From: Octopus bimaculoides
Lineage: Eukaryota
NCBI RefSeq assembly: GCF_001194135.2
Contig: NC_068982.1
Coordinates: 128,133,696 to 128,197,695 of the forward strand
DNA: 64,000 nucleotides
Reading direction: 5' to 3'
The notes under the pieces were generated by a model, which made no database searches, was not told the DNA's origin, and worked only from the letters and a program-made list of their open reading frames with translations. Positions 1 through 13,200 of this stretch are shown piece by piece (within the stretch, counting starts at the first letter, position 1; each line of letters begins with the position of its first letter). The position numbers were made by a program, and so were the translations under genes.

Positions 1-263
1 TTTTTTGCGGGTGGCACATGAAATGCACCATTTTGAGCGTGGCCGTTGCCAGTACCGCCTGACTGGCCTTCGTGCGGGTGACACGTAAACGCACCCACTA
101 CACTCTCTGAGTGGGTGGCGTTAGGAAGGGCATCCAGCTGTAGAAACTCTGCCAAATCAGATTGGAGCCTGGTGTAGCCATCTGGTTTCACCAGTCCTCA
201 GTCAAATCGTCCAACCCATGCTAGCATGGAAAGCGGACGTTAAACGACGACGACGATAATAAT
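1..263 (+). mobile_element. 3'UTR and tail of an RTE LINE (continues upstream of the window)
   Basis: Near-identical to 43445-43782; ends in (ACG)n/(AAT)n. Confidence 0.85.
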
Positions 264-2792
264 CCCTTGAAGTTGATGACTATTTATAGTGTGACAGAAC
301 AAAAACATATTTTTCTATTTTTACTAATATTGACTAGAGAGACAAACTGCTGGTACAACATCATGACATCCCAAAAGGATTCTTTTAGATAGATATACCC
401 ATATATTCATTTGATGGTGTATCCAAGTAATTCTTTCTAATTATTTTGTTCACATGGACATTGGCCATAGCCCTAGTAACTTAATTTGTCATTGAGCACT
501 CTCAGTGTATAAATACCTTCTCTAGTTGAATTAACAGTATTTTGCTCTAATATACAATAATTTTCAAGCTTTAGAAAAAGAGACATAATTATCCATAGCT
601 GAACATTGGCTGCATTAATGATATTCTTACTTTATTAAAAAATTTGACTTCCTACTTTAATTGTACTTTAATTGTGGTCATAGAATCTAACAAACATTGT
701 GGAACTTGGATCCTTTCCATACTAAGTGGTAATGCTGTGTCATTTGGTACTGTTCTAATTCAAGTTATCAAAACTCATTGTCCAGTTAAAGTACCACTTA
801 TTATCAAGGCTTAAACCAAGTGTTAATGGAATTTGAGAACTTTGAAGCTATTTTCATTGCATGATCTTTGTTCAAATGTGCAAAACCATCACAAATGCTT
901 CATTGGTGGCATTTCAAAAAAAAATTCATGAGTTCAATTCAGTAGGATAGAGTTCAGTTTAGGAATTAGTAACATGAAAAACATCCAGCAGTAAAAATAC
1001 TGTCCCAAGTATACTCATCGCTGAGTAACCCTTGATAGCATTGAAAAACATGTTAAACAAATGAACAAACCAAGCAGGCTTTGTAATCTCTTATGACTAG
1101 AGAGTTCTGGGCATAATGTATTACAGGTGTGCATTAGAAATACTTGCTCCACTTTGCTGCTATCACTGTAGCATCTTGGTGCGTGTTACAGAGACTCTCA
1201 GTGAATGAAGAGAGAAGTATAACTAGCTCTCCTGATTCTATGGTTGATTTTTCTCTAGCTGCAAGGTGATCCAGCAGGCTTTGTAGTGTTTAGCTTGCAA
1301 CTGAGATTGGTTGTTTCTTAGAAACTGTAAATGCTACCCTTCAGTATTAGCACTAAATATCGTTGAAAAACTTGCCCTATCTTTTAGTGATACTGAATCT
1401 ATCTCTATGTATAATAGGATAACAGTAGAACTTGTGTGTAGTCACCATACTGCATATTATTGTGCTACCCAAGCTCACTGTTGGAGAATAAAAGAAGCTA
1501 ACTCATTAGATCAAGAATACCAAATAAATATGTAATCTCAGTTGGGTGTACATTTCTTGGAGGGATTTGGTGTCTCTGTTTTCTAAAGGACCTCAATTTT
1601 CACCAATAAACACTGTACCATTTCAATTACCTGACATCAGAGCCTTATGTGAAGTTTATAGGAGTCTTTATTTTCATTTACTGTACATGCCTCTTGTAAC
1701 TTTGTCTAATGCATATTTTCATAAAGTTCAGCATATAGGTTGTGAAAAAGTATTTCTTGTATTGTATTGTATTCATTATGCAAGCTTTCTGAATTCTGAA
1801 GTGCTTGTATATGTTGTAAAGCTCTGTTATAGCATCAATAATGTAAGGTTGGTCATAGACTGGTGAATTATTTTTCAGGTGGAAAATAGATGTAGAATGC
1901 TACGTTTGTCTTTGAATTTTAAAGGAGTAAGGCCTCTTTCCTTCTGTATAGTAATTTTTCACCAGATGGAACAAAAGAAAACTATAAAATTATTTGGATA
2001 TTTTTCCTGAAATATTAACTCCATTACATGAGTTCTGTTCCCTGGAGCTGCCTCGTAATGGCAGTGAGAGAGAGAGTGGAATTTTATTATTTGTATCAAA
2101 AAGTAATTTGAGTTCCTCAGGATAAAATGGAGGAAGTGCTATTATGACAATAGTTTAGAGGCTTATTCCTGAATATCCTTTTGATATTCTCTTCAGTTCT
2201 TCATATTATTTAATCATTTATTCTCTCTCCTCACTCTCTGTCTCTCATTGAAGATATTCAACACACTGTTTACCAGCCATGAGCTCTCTTTATATCTGCT
2301 ACCACTCTCTTAAATACCGTAGATATCCTACACATTCAGGCTCAGTCATGTTGGCTTTTCTTATCCATTAGTTTTTGCCTTTAACTTTTATTTCCTGTTG
2401 TTGTGCTCTCATCCTTTGCTTCTATCATCCAGTTATTTCTCTTGCTTCAAGTATTTGATTTTCTTCCATAGTAAAAATGATTTAAATGTAGAGTGCAAAT
2501 AAAATTTGCTGTGCCAAAAAATTTTCAGAAATGTTAAAAGATAATGTAAAAGAGGAATAAAATTTGCAATGCTAACAATTTACTTTTCCTAATACTGAAT
2601 TTGAGTAATTATTGAAAAATGATTGAACCTTGCATTTGTTCACAAAAAATAATGATTTTTAACAACTATTTAAAAATATTAGATTTGTTTACCCTTTGTA
2701 TTACAAAAAAGTAAAACTCACTTTTCACTCAAGCAAATGCTTTCATTTGTTTGCTAAGAAAAAACACTTTTCTCCTTGGGTGTGTTGTTTAA

Positions 2793-3013
2793 CACTTTGG
2801 TTACCATATTTCCATTGATATACTTTGCCCTTGTCTCAATCAATTTTGAAAATAATTGAGAATTTCATAAAATAATTTTGTCACTATTGAGGTGGTGTCT
2901 GGAACACAAATTAACACAAAATTTTGATGGAAGTTTTAATTTAGATCACTTTGAAACAGAAAGTTTGCATCTTAGAATTAGAGGTGGTCTCAGGTGAGTT
3001 GGTACCAAAAGGG
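2793..3013. mobile_element. Degenerate TTAA-type (piggyBac-like) non-autonomous element; related copies at about 4915-5045, 17405-17592 and 29310-29527
   Basis: Shared body (gaaattttgatggaag...tttagatcact...cagaaagttt) and ends ttaa-c(c)ctttg / aaagggttaa. Confidence 0.65.
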
Positions 3014-3041
3014 TTGAATATAAAATTAAGTATAAAATCTG

Positions 3042-3243
3042 TATTCTTTTATTCTTTTACTTGTTTCAGTCATTTGACTGCAGCCATGCTGGAGCACTAC
3101 CTTTAGTCGAATAAATAAACCCCAGCAGTTATTCTTTGTAAGCCTAGTACTTATTCTATCAGTCCATTTTGCTGAACCACTAAGTTACAGGGATATAAAC
3201 ACACCAGAATTGGTTGTCAAGCAATGGTAGGGGACAAACACAA

Positions 3244-3274
<31 letters not shown>

Positions 3275-3446
3275 CATACACACAATGGGCTTCTTTCAGT
3301 CTCCATCTACCAAATCCACTCACAAGGCTTTGGTCAGCCTGAGGCTATAGTAGAAAATACTTGCCCAAGGTGTCACACAGTGGGACTGAACCTAGAACCA
3401 TGTGGTTGGAAAGCAAGCTTCTTACCACACAGCCACACCTGCACCT
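3042..3446 (-). mobile_element. Full-length tRNA-derived SINE, family B (CORE-like ccttgggcaagt, internal TA/CA microsatellite, gactgaaacaagtaaaagaata tail)
   Basis: tRNA-like head with B-box ggttcagtccc; more than 10 further homologous copies in the window. Resembles the octopus OR-type SINEs (recalled). Confidence 0.85.
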
Positions 3447-3892
3447 GTAGTGCAAAATTTACAGAAGTGTCCAAAGATAATAAAAGAATAAGAAATTGGA
3501 ATACCTACTTTTGATCGCTAATATTCAATGCTTTATTTCCAAGATCCCATAAAAGTATAAATATTTACTAAGTCAAAGGATAAGGTGTAAGCTTTCTTTG
3601 CAAAAAGACAGTGTTTTCTTAGTAAATGAAATCATTAAAGAATCAGTTTTTTCTTAGAAAATAAGCTGTAAAGAATGAATATAATATGCAAAAACTGACC
3701 TCGCCTGTGCTCATATCACATAGAAAGCACTCTGTCCAGTCTGCTGGGCAGTTAGTATTAGGAAGAGCATCTGCTGCAAAAACCATGCCAAAACAGACAC
3801 AGAAGTCTGGTGCAGTCTGCTGCCTGGCCAGCTCCTGTCAAACCGTCCAACCCATGCCAGCATGGCGGGCAGATGTTAAACAATGATGATGA

Positions 3893-4633
3893 CAGGCATG
3901 GCTTGTAGTTAAGGAACTCACTTTGCAGCTACATGGTTTCACGTTCAGTCCCACTGTATTGCTCCTTGTGAAAATGCTTTCCACTACAGCTGTAAGTCAA
4001 CCAGTGCCTTTTGAGTGAATTTAGTAAAAACTGAATGAAAGTCTGTAGTGTGTCTCTGTGTTTGCCCCACCCCCACCCCACCATCACTTCACAACCATTG
4101 TTACTTTGTTTACATCTCCCATAACTTAGCATTAGTGGAGGCGCAATGGCCCAGTAGTTTGGGCAGCAGACTCGCGGTCATAGGATCGCAGTTTCGATTC
4201 TCAGACCGGGCGTTGTGAGTGCTTATTGAGCGAAAACACCTAAAGCTCCGCGAGGCTCCGGCAGGGGATGGTGGCGAACCCTGCTGTACTCTTTCACCAC
4301 AACTTTCTCTCACTCTTTCTTCCTGTTTCTGTTGTACCTGTATTTCAAAGGGTCAGCCTTATCACACTGTGTCACGCTGAATCTCCCCCGAGAACTACGT
4401 TAAGGGTGCACGTGTCTGTGGAGTGCATGTTAATTTCACGAGCAGGCTGTTCCGTTGATTGGATCAACTGGAACCCTTGATGTCGTAAGCAATGGAGTGC
4501 CAACAACAACAACTTAGCATTAGAAAAAGTACCAGACTTAAAAATAAGTACTCAGTTCAATTTTTTTTACTGAACTTTTCAAGGCAGTGTTCCAGCATGG
4601 CCACATGACTGAAACAAGTAGAAAATAAAAGAT
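3893..4633 (+). mobile_element. Family B SINE split by a nested insertion at 4136-4510
   Basis: The 5' half (3893-4135) and 3' half (4511-4633) reconstruct a family B copy. Confidence 0.8.
4136..4510 (+). mobile_element. tRNA-derived SINE, family C, with 13-bp TSD AACTTAGCATTAG and (CAA)n tail
   Basis: Head ggcgcaatggcccagtagtt...gtttcgattc; TSDs at 4123-4135 and 4511-4523; related tail fragment at about 55660-55810. Confidence 0.88.
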
Positions 4634-5599
4634 ATTCAATAACAATAGTCAAGTAACTACATCGTGGACAGTCAAGAGACAGCTACATAGCATTAAGAGT
4701 TCAGTGTGATGAAAACATGGGTAAACGGGCAAAAAGAAAAAAATAATAATTGAGACATTAGTACTCAGAACATACAATTCAATTCTTATTTAATTGTGTT
4801 TGCATGGCATTGTGACTTTCTTAATGATGGAGTTGAACAATTGTTGAAAGATATTATTGAATCTGTTTATCATATGTACTAAATAATAATGATGGGTTTG
4901 TACAATTATTTTAATCCTTTTGATACCAACCCGGCTGAAGAATTGAAGTCTTCCACCAAACCTTAGTCACAATTTATGTTCCTAACTTAATGATAACTAA
5001 GTTATTTTACTAAATTCTTTGTTATATTCAAAATTAATCAAAAGAAACACAGAGCATCTCAACTGAAATACGGTAACAAAAGGGATAAAATATTGGAGAT
5101 AGAAGGGCTGGCAAAGAGTAAGAGAGACTTAGACACAGAGAGAGAGAGTGACAAAATGAGAGAGTGAAAGAGGAGGGAAGACAGAGAGACAGAGAGTGAA
5201 GACTCCATTTTATTGTGTCTGACATTTCTATGAATATTGTAGGTACAGTGTGTGTGCATGTTTATGTTTCCTGAGTCTTTTCATGTGAATGTTGTATTCA
5301 TGTGGAAAAGTGTGCTGGTCCATGCATTGTGTGAATGTGTATGCATGTGTGTATGTTGCATTCCTTCATTTGTTTATTTAACATTTGTTTTCCATTGCTA
5401 GCAAGGGTTAAACTGGGGCATGCTTGAATGTACATGTGACAAGGTTTTTTTTATGGTTGGATGCTCTTCCTGTCACCAATGATTACCTGTTCTTCAAGTA
5501 AAAGAATTTAATTCCTGAAGAATTGAAAATTGCAGAACCGACAGATGGTTTGTTGACAGGAAATATCAACAATCACCACAAAGATGCATCCATGCCACA

Positions 5600-6691
5600 A
5601 TTAATGATACTCCCACTTGCAGCTCAGCTAGAATCTCTTATGTCACAGTCTGTAGCATAACTTTTTTTTGGAAGTTGAAAACATTGGCATGTGAACAAAA
5701 CATTGGACTGACTCCTGTGCAGGTGGCATGTAAAAAACACCATTTGAGATTTTTTTATTTACCCACAAGGTGCCAAAAATCACCATTTGAGCGTGGCCGT
5801 TGCATTCGTCCACAATTTCCACATGAACGCCTGACAGCATCTACATTGCTTGGTTTTTGCACTTGCAAAGTTGTTGTATCTGACTTCTTCCTGCAAGAAT
5901 AGCTTCAAATTTTCTACCCTCTGCTAAGACATCTTCAAGTTTGTAGTCTTTCTCCTTTCCAAGCAGCTCTTTTAGGAAGGCTTCAATAGGAATTGAAGCA
6001 ATCAGTAACTCAATGATCTGTTGTTCAAGCTCTTCAAACATATTTTTTTTGCTATTGTCGTCAATTGTCTCATCATGCTGCTGTCTACATTCCATCAATT
6101 TAAGGCAATGTAGTCTCTGAAATTGAGGTTTGTCTTGACTTGTGCTTCGAATAATTCCCACAGTTTATTTGGGTTTTTTTCTTGTCAGCCTCTGATAAGC
6201 TAGATGCATTCAGACATTTGAGTTCTTCATTTCCAGTGCCTCTCAATATTTTTAATGCTATTTTCCTTGGTTCTGTAACTTCCTCCTCTTCACAATGATG
6301 TTTTGTTTGAATATTTGCAGGGCTTCAGCTACATTGTCTGTGTGCCACAACATTTCAGGAATGCAAGATGTTGTATTATTATTGTTTTCCTTGTGCAACA
6401 CAACACCACGTGATTTGGTTATTTTCTGTGGCACAACACACACTGTGTAGCCAATATGATAACAATAGTCTTGTATATAAATCTGTAACAATACCTCCAG
6501 CTAAACATGTGTATTCCTGCAGTTTGTCACTGTGTATCCGTTTTCCTCTTGTTCTTTTGTTTTGTGTCACATCGCATCCAGTGACAATACTGGTACATTG
6601 GTAGCATTGAGCAATGTTTAATGATAATAATGTGCTGGTAATCCGATTATTTTCAATTCAATATATTTATCTTGTTTTACCACTGTCACCA
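5600..6691 (-). mobile_element. Gypsy/Ty3-type LTR retrotransposon remnant (gag with frameshifts, PBS-like site)
   Basis: Minus-strand frames PEMLWHTDNVAEALQIFKQ; KILRGTGNEELKCLNASSLSEADKKKPNKLWELFE; RQQHDETIDD...IIELLIAS...ELLGKEKDYKLEDVLAEGRKFEA; then SCGNCGR knuckle start. TGGTGACAGTG PBS-like at 6691-6681. No second LTR recognised. Confidence 0.7.
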
Positions 6692-7039
6692 TATTGTGCC
6701 ATGCAGGAACTACAATAATGCAATGCAGAGTAGTTAGTTGCCTATTCGACTGTCATTTTCCCAGCCACTGAGCTGGCCACCTAAGTACATGAAACTAAGT
6801 ACATTTAGTTTCGTGTCATTGCAACAGAAGCCAATGGTGATTTTATTGAGTAAATTTACTCTTTAGTATTTCAAGATATTTTTATGTAATTTTGGTAAAT
6901 AGATCTATTAAAATGAGTTGTCAGTGTTATCTTCATTTTTGCGTAATTTAGATGACAGTTTATTTACCGCACCCTGTCTGTATGTGTATATATATGTGTG
7001 TGTGTGTATACACACACGCACACACACACATACAATGTA

Positions 7040-8310
7040 TTGGGTTGGCAAGAAAGTTCCCGCCGTTTTTTAAATTCTAGAATTTATTGCGTTTTAAAAT
7101 TTTGGAAACTATTTTTTTCGAGAATTCTATTTTTGAATCATTTTGGAATCTATTTTGTTTTTTTCTAGTTAATTTTAGTTAATTTTTGTTTATTTTCAGA
7201 TCATTAAAATGGAATGTCAAGTTAAGAAAAATGAGCATTTTCGACACCTCCTTCTTTTTGTTTTTAATCAAGGTTCTAAGGCTGCAAAAGTTGCTCGCAA
7301 CATTTGTGCTATGTATGGAGAGGGCTCCATAGCTGAAACAACTGCTCATGATTGGTAGACCAAGTTCAAAAATGGAAATTTTGACTTCAAAGACGCACCT
7401 CATTCAGGCTGTCCAATTGAGTTCGATGAAGAGTGATTAAACCAACTTTTGCATGTAAATTCTTGTCAAACGACAAGGGAACTGACTGAGAAAATGGAAT
7501 GTTCCCACACTGCTTTAGGGAAGCATCTTCACTTGATGGGAAAGGTTCAGAAGTATGGAGTATGAGTTCTGCATGTTTTAAGTGACAACAACAAAAATCA
7601 ACGAGCCACAATCTCCGCTGGCTTGCTTGCACGTCACTGCTCAACTCATGGACACAAGCAACGATTTCTTTACTGAATCGTTACTGGCGATGAAAAATGA
7701 TGCCTGTACATCAATATGAAGCAGTGTAAGGAATGGCTTAGCCCCGGTAAACAAGCAACACCATGTGTGAAACAAGATCTCCATCCGTGTAAAACGATGT
7801 GCATATGGTAGTACTGGGAAGAGATTATCCATCATGAATTGCTTGAACGGAACCAAATGGTCAACGTGGAACAGATGGAACGGACTCAGCACGGCTATTC
7901 AAGAGAAAAGACCTAATTGGTAGCATGGAGTTCTTCTGCTGCACGACAATGCCTGCCCTCATATCGTCAATATGACCGAGGAAGCCATTCAAACGCATGG
8001 CTGGGAAGTGCTGCTACACCCGCCGTATTCTCCTGATTTGGCACCAGTGGATTTCCATGTCTTTCGATCTCTTTCAAATGCTATGCACAGAGTTTCATTC
8101 ATGCAGAATTGAGAGCTTGGTTGGATCAATTTTTCAAGTCGAAATCGGGTGATTTCCACCAACAAGGTATTGAATATCTTGTTGAACGTTGGGATGAAGT
8201 TGTAAACAACAAGAGTGAATACATTTTTGATTAATTAGTTGTTATTTTTTATTAAACCTTTAAAGAAATTTCAATTTTAAAAAACAGCGGGAACTTAGTT
8301 GCCAACCCAA
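7040..8310 (+). mobile_element. Full-length decayed mariner (DD34D), mellifera/cecropia-like; transposase pseudogene 7209-8234
   Basis: TIRs TTGGGTTGGCAAgaAAGTTCCCGC / TTGGGTTGGCAActAAGTTCCCGC; TA duplications at 7038-39 and 8311-12. Frame MECQVKKNEHFRHLLLF..., IVTGDEK, LLHDNACPH, HPPYSPDLAPVDFH with several stops and frameshifts. Confidence 0.93.
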
Positions 8311-11300
8311 TATATATGGCATGGATTGAATGGATCTCATTTACATATACTCATGAAACTATGAAGCTCTTGACCCTCAATTCCCTTTAGTAAGTTTCTA
8401 TTGATTCAAAGTAATAAATTCTGTGCGACAAATAACTCTATTAATTGATAACAGTCTCTATTGAAATAAATAAAACTTCTGCTCACTGCTGCTGTATGGG
8501 CTTTTTAGAATGTCATTTTTATCAATTGAAGTATTCAGTATTGAACCTTAATTCCACTCACTCCCTTATTCTTTTATATCGCCAACATCATTAAAGGTAG
8601 ATTGAATGCTACACAATCTCATATTTTTCCCTTATAATTGTATGGCTTAGTTTCTTAATAAGAAATTTGTATCAAATACTTGTGTCAATGTTTGTATGTA
8701 ATCTGAGAGCATGCCATCGTGCTTCCATTTTATCATTAGGATTTTCACTTTTGTTCTTTTCACATTTATTTACCAAACATCACTGTCAGCACTAGTTTGG
8801 AAATGTTTTCGTTCTGTTCTTACTCTCTCTTTTGTTAGCGTTGCATCTTGGTCTAGTAATAATATTATATCATTGAGGTTTTATGAATTGAGCACTTTTC
8901 TCATTGTGCTTTTATTGGATTTTATTTCCTGTTATTTGTTGCCCTTGTGTTTTTTGGATCTAGTTAGTATACAATAAATTGCATTTGGCATTCTCACTGG
9001 CCACTGCTTGGACAAATTTTCACCTTCCTCTGATATTTATTGTATTTTTAACACGGCATGTCCATTAGAGATATTACCTCAGGACAAATACTGCAGAAGC
9101 TGGCCAATGGGTAGTGTGAATTCATTGAGTATGATACATGGATGGCTGTTGTAATTCTTTATACACTTTTTAATTGTAGTTCTTTTCCCTGTGCATTGTT
9201 TTTTACAGAAATAATGATTTTATTTTTCAAGATTTGTATCTATTTTAATCTTTTGCCAACTATTTTTTGCCTTCTTTAAGCCAGAAGTCAAACTTTTGAG
9301 CATTACTTCTAAATATATCAACATCAATTATGGGAATACCTACTCCTTCTAGAGCGATTTCTATTCCCTTCTTTTCTCAGTTTAAATCATATTATTCTTG
9401 GATCATTATACCACATTATTTTCTAGTCATTTCATGATTTTTAGAGACACTGTTGTTTTCTGTTTCATCTTAATTCCAAAATGCCTCCTAAATTGGTATT
9501 TATGATTCATTATTTTATTTTACCTTTCCTTGCGTAATTCTTCCAACTATTATTATTTAATCACTACTTCCATCTCCTTGAGTCATTCACCTAATTGTTC
9601 CAATTTGGTTGCCTGCTTACATTAAAATTAGGCTCTCTCTTACAAATTATTCTGTCTAAAAGTACATTTCAGAACTATTTACTGTTCTTGATACCACAGA
9701 TGCAATTAGGGTGTATCTTATACTGTCATTGAATCTGCTAGAAACAGCAATCAAATCTCTTTCTACTTACACCTCACTATCTTTAAAAATAGCAAAACAA
9801 CACATTGGATAATATATTCCTTGGTACACTGTGTGTAAGGTGGGAAGGTTACAGCTGGCATACTTTTAGTGCCTTGCTTGATTAAAGCCAACCTTGGGCT
9901 AAAGAACAAGTATTAATCTTGCACTTGTTCATTCTTTATCAGAGCTGTTACTTTCAACTTAAGTTTCAACTTTTAAACTGGATCTAGATTGTCATCATTT
10001 TCATTGTTGTCATCATTTTCATTGTTGTCATCGTTGTCATAATCATCATCGTCGTCTACTTTTCCATGTTCACATGTGAAAGCAAATTGAACCATCATAC
10101 AATCATTCATTTATGTCTTTGTTACAGATGCACCAAAGCCAATACAACTAGTCTCTTTATTCATTACTTTAAATCAGTCTTAATCAAGCTTTGACAATTA
10201 TTTTTCATTATATTCTTCACTCGTAGAACAATTCAATTTTTCTTTCTTTCTTATTTCGTCTTGTTTCTCCATTTCATTTTTCATGCAACATTCTCCATAT
10301 AATATATTCTCTTTTAGATCTGAAAGATACTTTGGACTATTGTATCATCAGTGTTTTCTTCTATAGCAAATATCCTAACACTTGGTTTGATCTAATTCAT
10401 TTGTAATTTTATTTATTCATTCTTAAATGCTGTTGCTGTTTATCAATAATTAATTCTCAATTTGCGTTTCCTTTCATCAGTCATGTAGTATTGTCTGCTG
10501 CTCTCTTTCACGCCAGACACTATCTTATCTTTATTATCTCCATTAATTTCACCAATCATTTTATCATTATTCACTGGTTCATTTTCTTTGATTATTCTTA
10601 ATTTCATATTCCAGCAGGAACAATACTTTATAGTGAAACAATAAAATATTCAAAATACTATAAACTATGAACCCAATGTATATTATACTGACAATTATAT
10701 ACTCTATGTTGACATAGTTTATTACATAACTATGACTAAACCAAATATATCATATCTTACTTATAAGATATAACAAATTAATTTAGCAAATTATTACATA
10801 TTTCATACTACATTTCATTTGATGTATTATTATTATCGTTATTATTTCTTTTAATATTTAATTCATTATAATTCTAAAATCATAATCATAAATGATAGAT
10901 CATTATTGGCTGGTGATCTCATATTTTGGTAATCTCTTACATCTTGAAGTTTATTTTATTGTTTTTATAATTCTCTCGTAATTAACCTTCAAAATAATTT
11001 TCCAGATAAAACTATTTTGTTGTCCATAGTTCATATTTTTTGTTGAACTGTTAATATAAAATCTGGTATTATAAGCAGCAGGTATGCTCTTATATTTAAT
11101 CATATCTAATAAGATTTAAAAGAATACCAAATATCTTTTTTAACTGTATACTCTCTTAAGTACAACTTGTTAACCATATTGATAGAGAAAATCACAACAT
11201 GTTATCTAACTGAATATATGAGAATTACCTCTTACTGATAGAATCACATTTCTTTTTCTTTTACTCTTCATAATATTTTGTAGATTATTTCTTTTTAAGA

Positions 11301-12849
11301 ACCAAGTACTGAATACTTCAGTTATTGATTATATATTTCAATAACAGTTAATTAACAACCTCCAGATAACTAGATCAAGTGAAAATGTTTTTGTTAATTA
11401 AGATTGAACTTTTTTTTTCACTTTGGTGTCAGGCATTTTTGCTAATTCAATCCATTCTAATTGAATATATTCTATTATAACTCATATACAATATCTACTT
11501 TTTAATGAACCATCAAACTAGGCTTCTTCTTGTGCTTATATCATTTTAGGTTATGTAACTAATGTTGCTTATCTTTTCTTATTCTGATGATCTTCAAACT
11601 TCAAGTTGTTTCAATTTTATGACTTGTCAAGTAGTCTTCATTGTGTTTAGACCATATGTTATCTTTCACTTCACACTTGCCAGGATTGTGAAATATATAT
11701 ATTTCAAATTTTTATATTACATTATTAATATAAAATTCCAGATGTCTGAAAAAGTATGTTAATGCCAAAGGAAATGAAAATGATTGTGACTTGTATTATG
11801 TTTATGTTTTCAATATACCTTTATCTAAAGTTTACACACTAGACCATGACTTTGTTTATTTAATAAAGAAATATTTTTGTTGAATTGCAAAGAAAATAGT
11901 TTAAGGATACCTACATATTTTTCTATACTAACTTTTCATTGCAGAAAAAATCAAAATGATAATTTTACTTAACATTATTTACATTACTGTCTGGCAGAAT
12001 GAATTATACATAAACTAGTTACTCTAGTATTCAAAATTTTAACATTTTATCTCTGAATTCTAACATTATTTAAAAAATAAACTAGTAATTCATGGTATGG
12101 TGAGTATTATTAATCATGGTAATTATGTGTGTGTGTGTGTGTGTAAAATTCTTAAGCATACTTCAACATGTATATTTATAAGCATTTGTTAGGTTTATCT
12201 CAGTAAGAGAAGGAAAATAAAATTTTAGATGAAAGATTTTCAATGTTCATTTTTTACCATTTTTTTATGAAATAAATATCTGAAAAGAACTATATTTTCA
12301 CTATGAATATTAAAATTAAATTTTTTTAAAAGAAAAGTACTGGTGGTTGACAAACATTTACAAATCTTCCTAATATAAAAAGGTTTCTTTTATTTGGCTT
12401 CGGTGTTAAAGTTCTGATCACTATATGTGTATTCTGTGAATTTAAATTTTGATCAAATAATCACATTGTGAACAAGTTTGTCTACGTTTAATTCTTTGAG
12501 ATCTGATAGTAAGTAAAAACCAAGAGTTTTAGTAGTTAGTTGATAATAGTTCAAGAGTTTAAATACAATCATCAGAATCTATACAAATTTGCAGCCTTTT
12601 CAGTCTTGTGAGTCTCAAAACCTGTTGCCTTCATGTAGAGTATAAACAGAACAACCCCATTTCAGCCATCCCTTTATAATCTCTATAAAAATTAGTGTTA
12701 CCCTCATAATAATAGATGGAGTTGGCCATTAAGAGTGTGTAGTGTCTCATTGACTGTTAACTTTCCAACTGATAATCCACTACACTAACAGTTTTGTCAA
12801 ACAGTAGAAACATCCATTCATTTTCTCTGTCGCTATTTCTGGAAGGATC

Positions 12850-13200
12850 ATGAGGTAAGAGCCCTCAAGCATCTCTTCTATTGGGTCCCATCAAAAGCAA
12901 TCATCATTACACTTTCTAACTGGATTCTCGAGCATGACCAACTGGAACTATGGATATTATCCATCCATCTCATTCATAGTCTACCCCAAGTCTCCTAACA
13001 CTTGCCTCAGCTTGAAAACTCTATCTAACAATACTTTCTCCCGGGGCATTCTAACCATGTGTCTGTTGTGTCAGAGCTGTGACCTCTCACTTAAGAGAAG
13101 TAGGGATTCAACCTGGAGTGACTCCCTAATCTCAGAGTTACACATCCTGTTGAGTAATGTTACTCCAGAGATCCTTTGGAAGAACCCCATTTTAGCCACT
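12850..13200 (-). mobile_element. Old RTE-type LINE 3' fragment (different subfamily)
   Basis: Minus-strand translation ISGVTLLNRMCNSEIRESLQVESLLLLSERSQL..HMVRMP resembles the RTE RT C-terminus. Confidence 0.6.

Noticed and set aside
1879-1926. Possible 48-nt micro-exon (tttttcAG...GTAAGG; VENRCRMLRLSLNFKG)
   Set aside because: Phase 0/0 is incompatible with the phase-1 acceptor at 22802, and there is no ANKIB1 similarity.
5505-5660. IPEELK... frame resembling the ANKIB1 linker MKPEEL
   Set aside because: The similarity is 4 residues, the frame ends in a stop with no donor, and the region is antisense to the Gypsy remnant.
8500-11700. Possible highly degraded retroelement (Penelope- or Gypsy-like) on the - strand
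   Set aside because: Only scattered, ambiguous motif fragments; cannot be assigned by eye.
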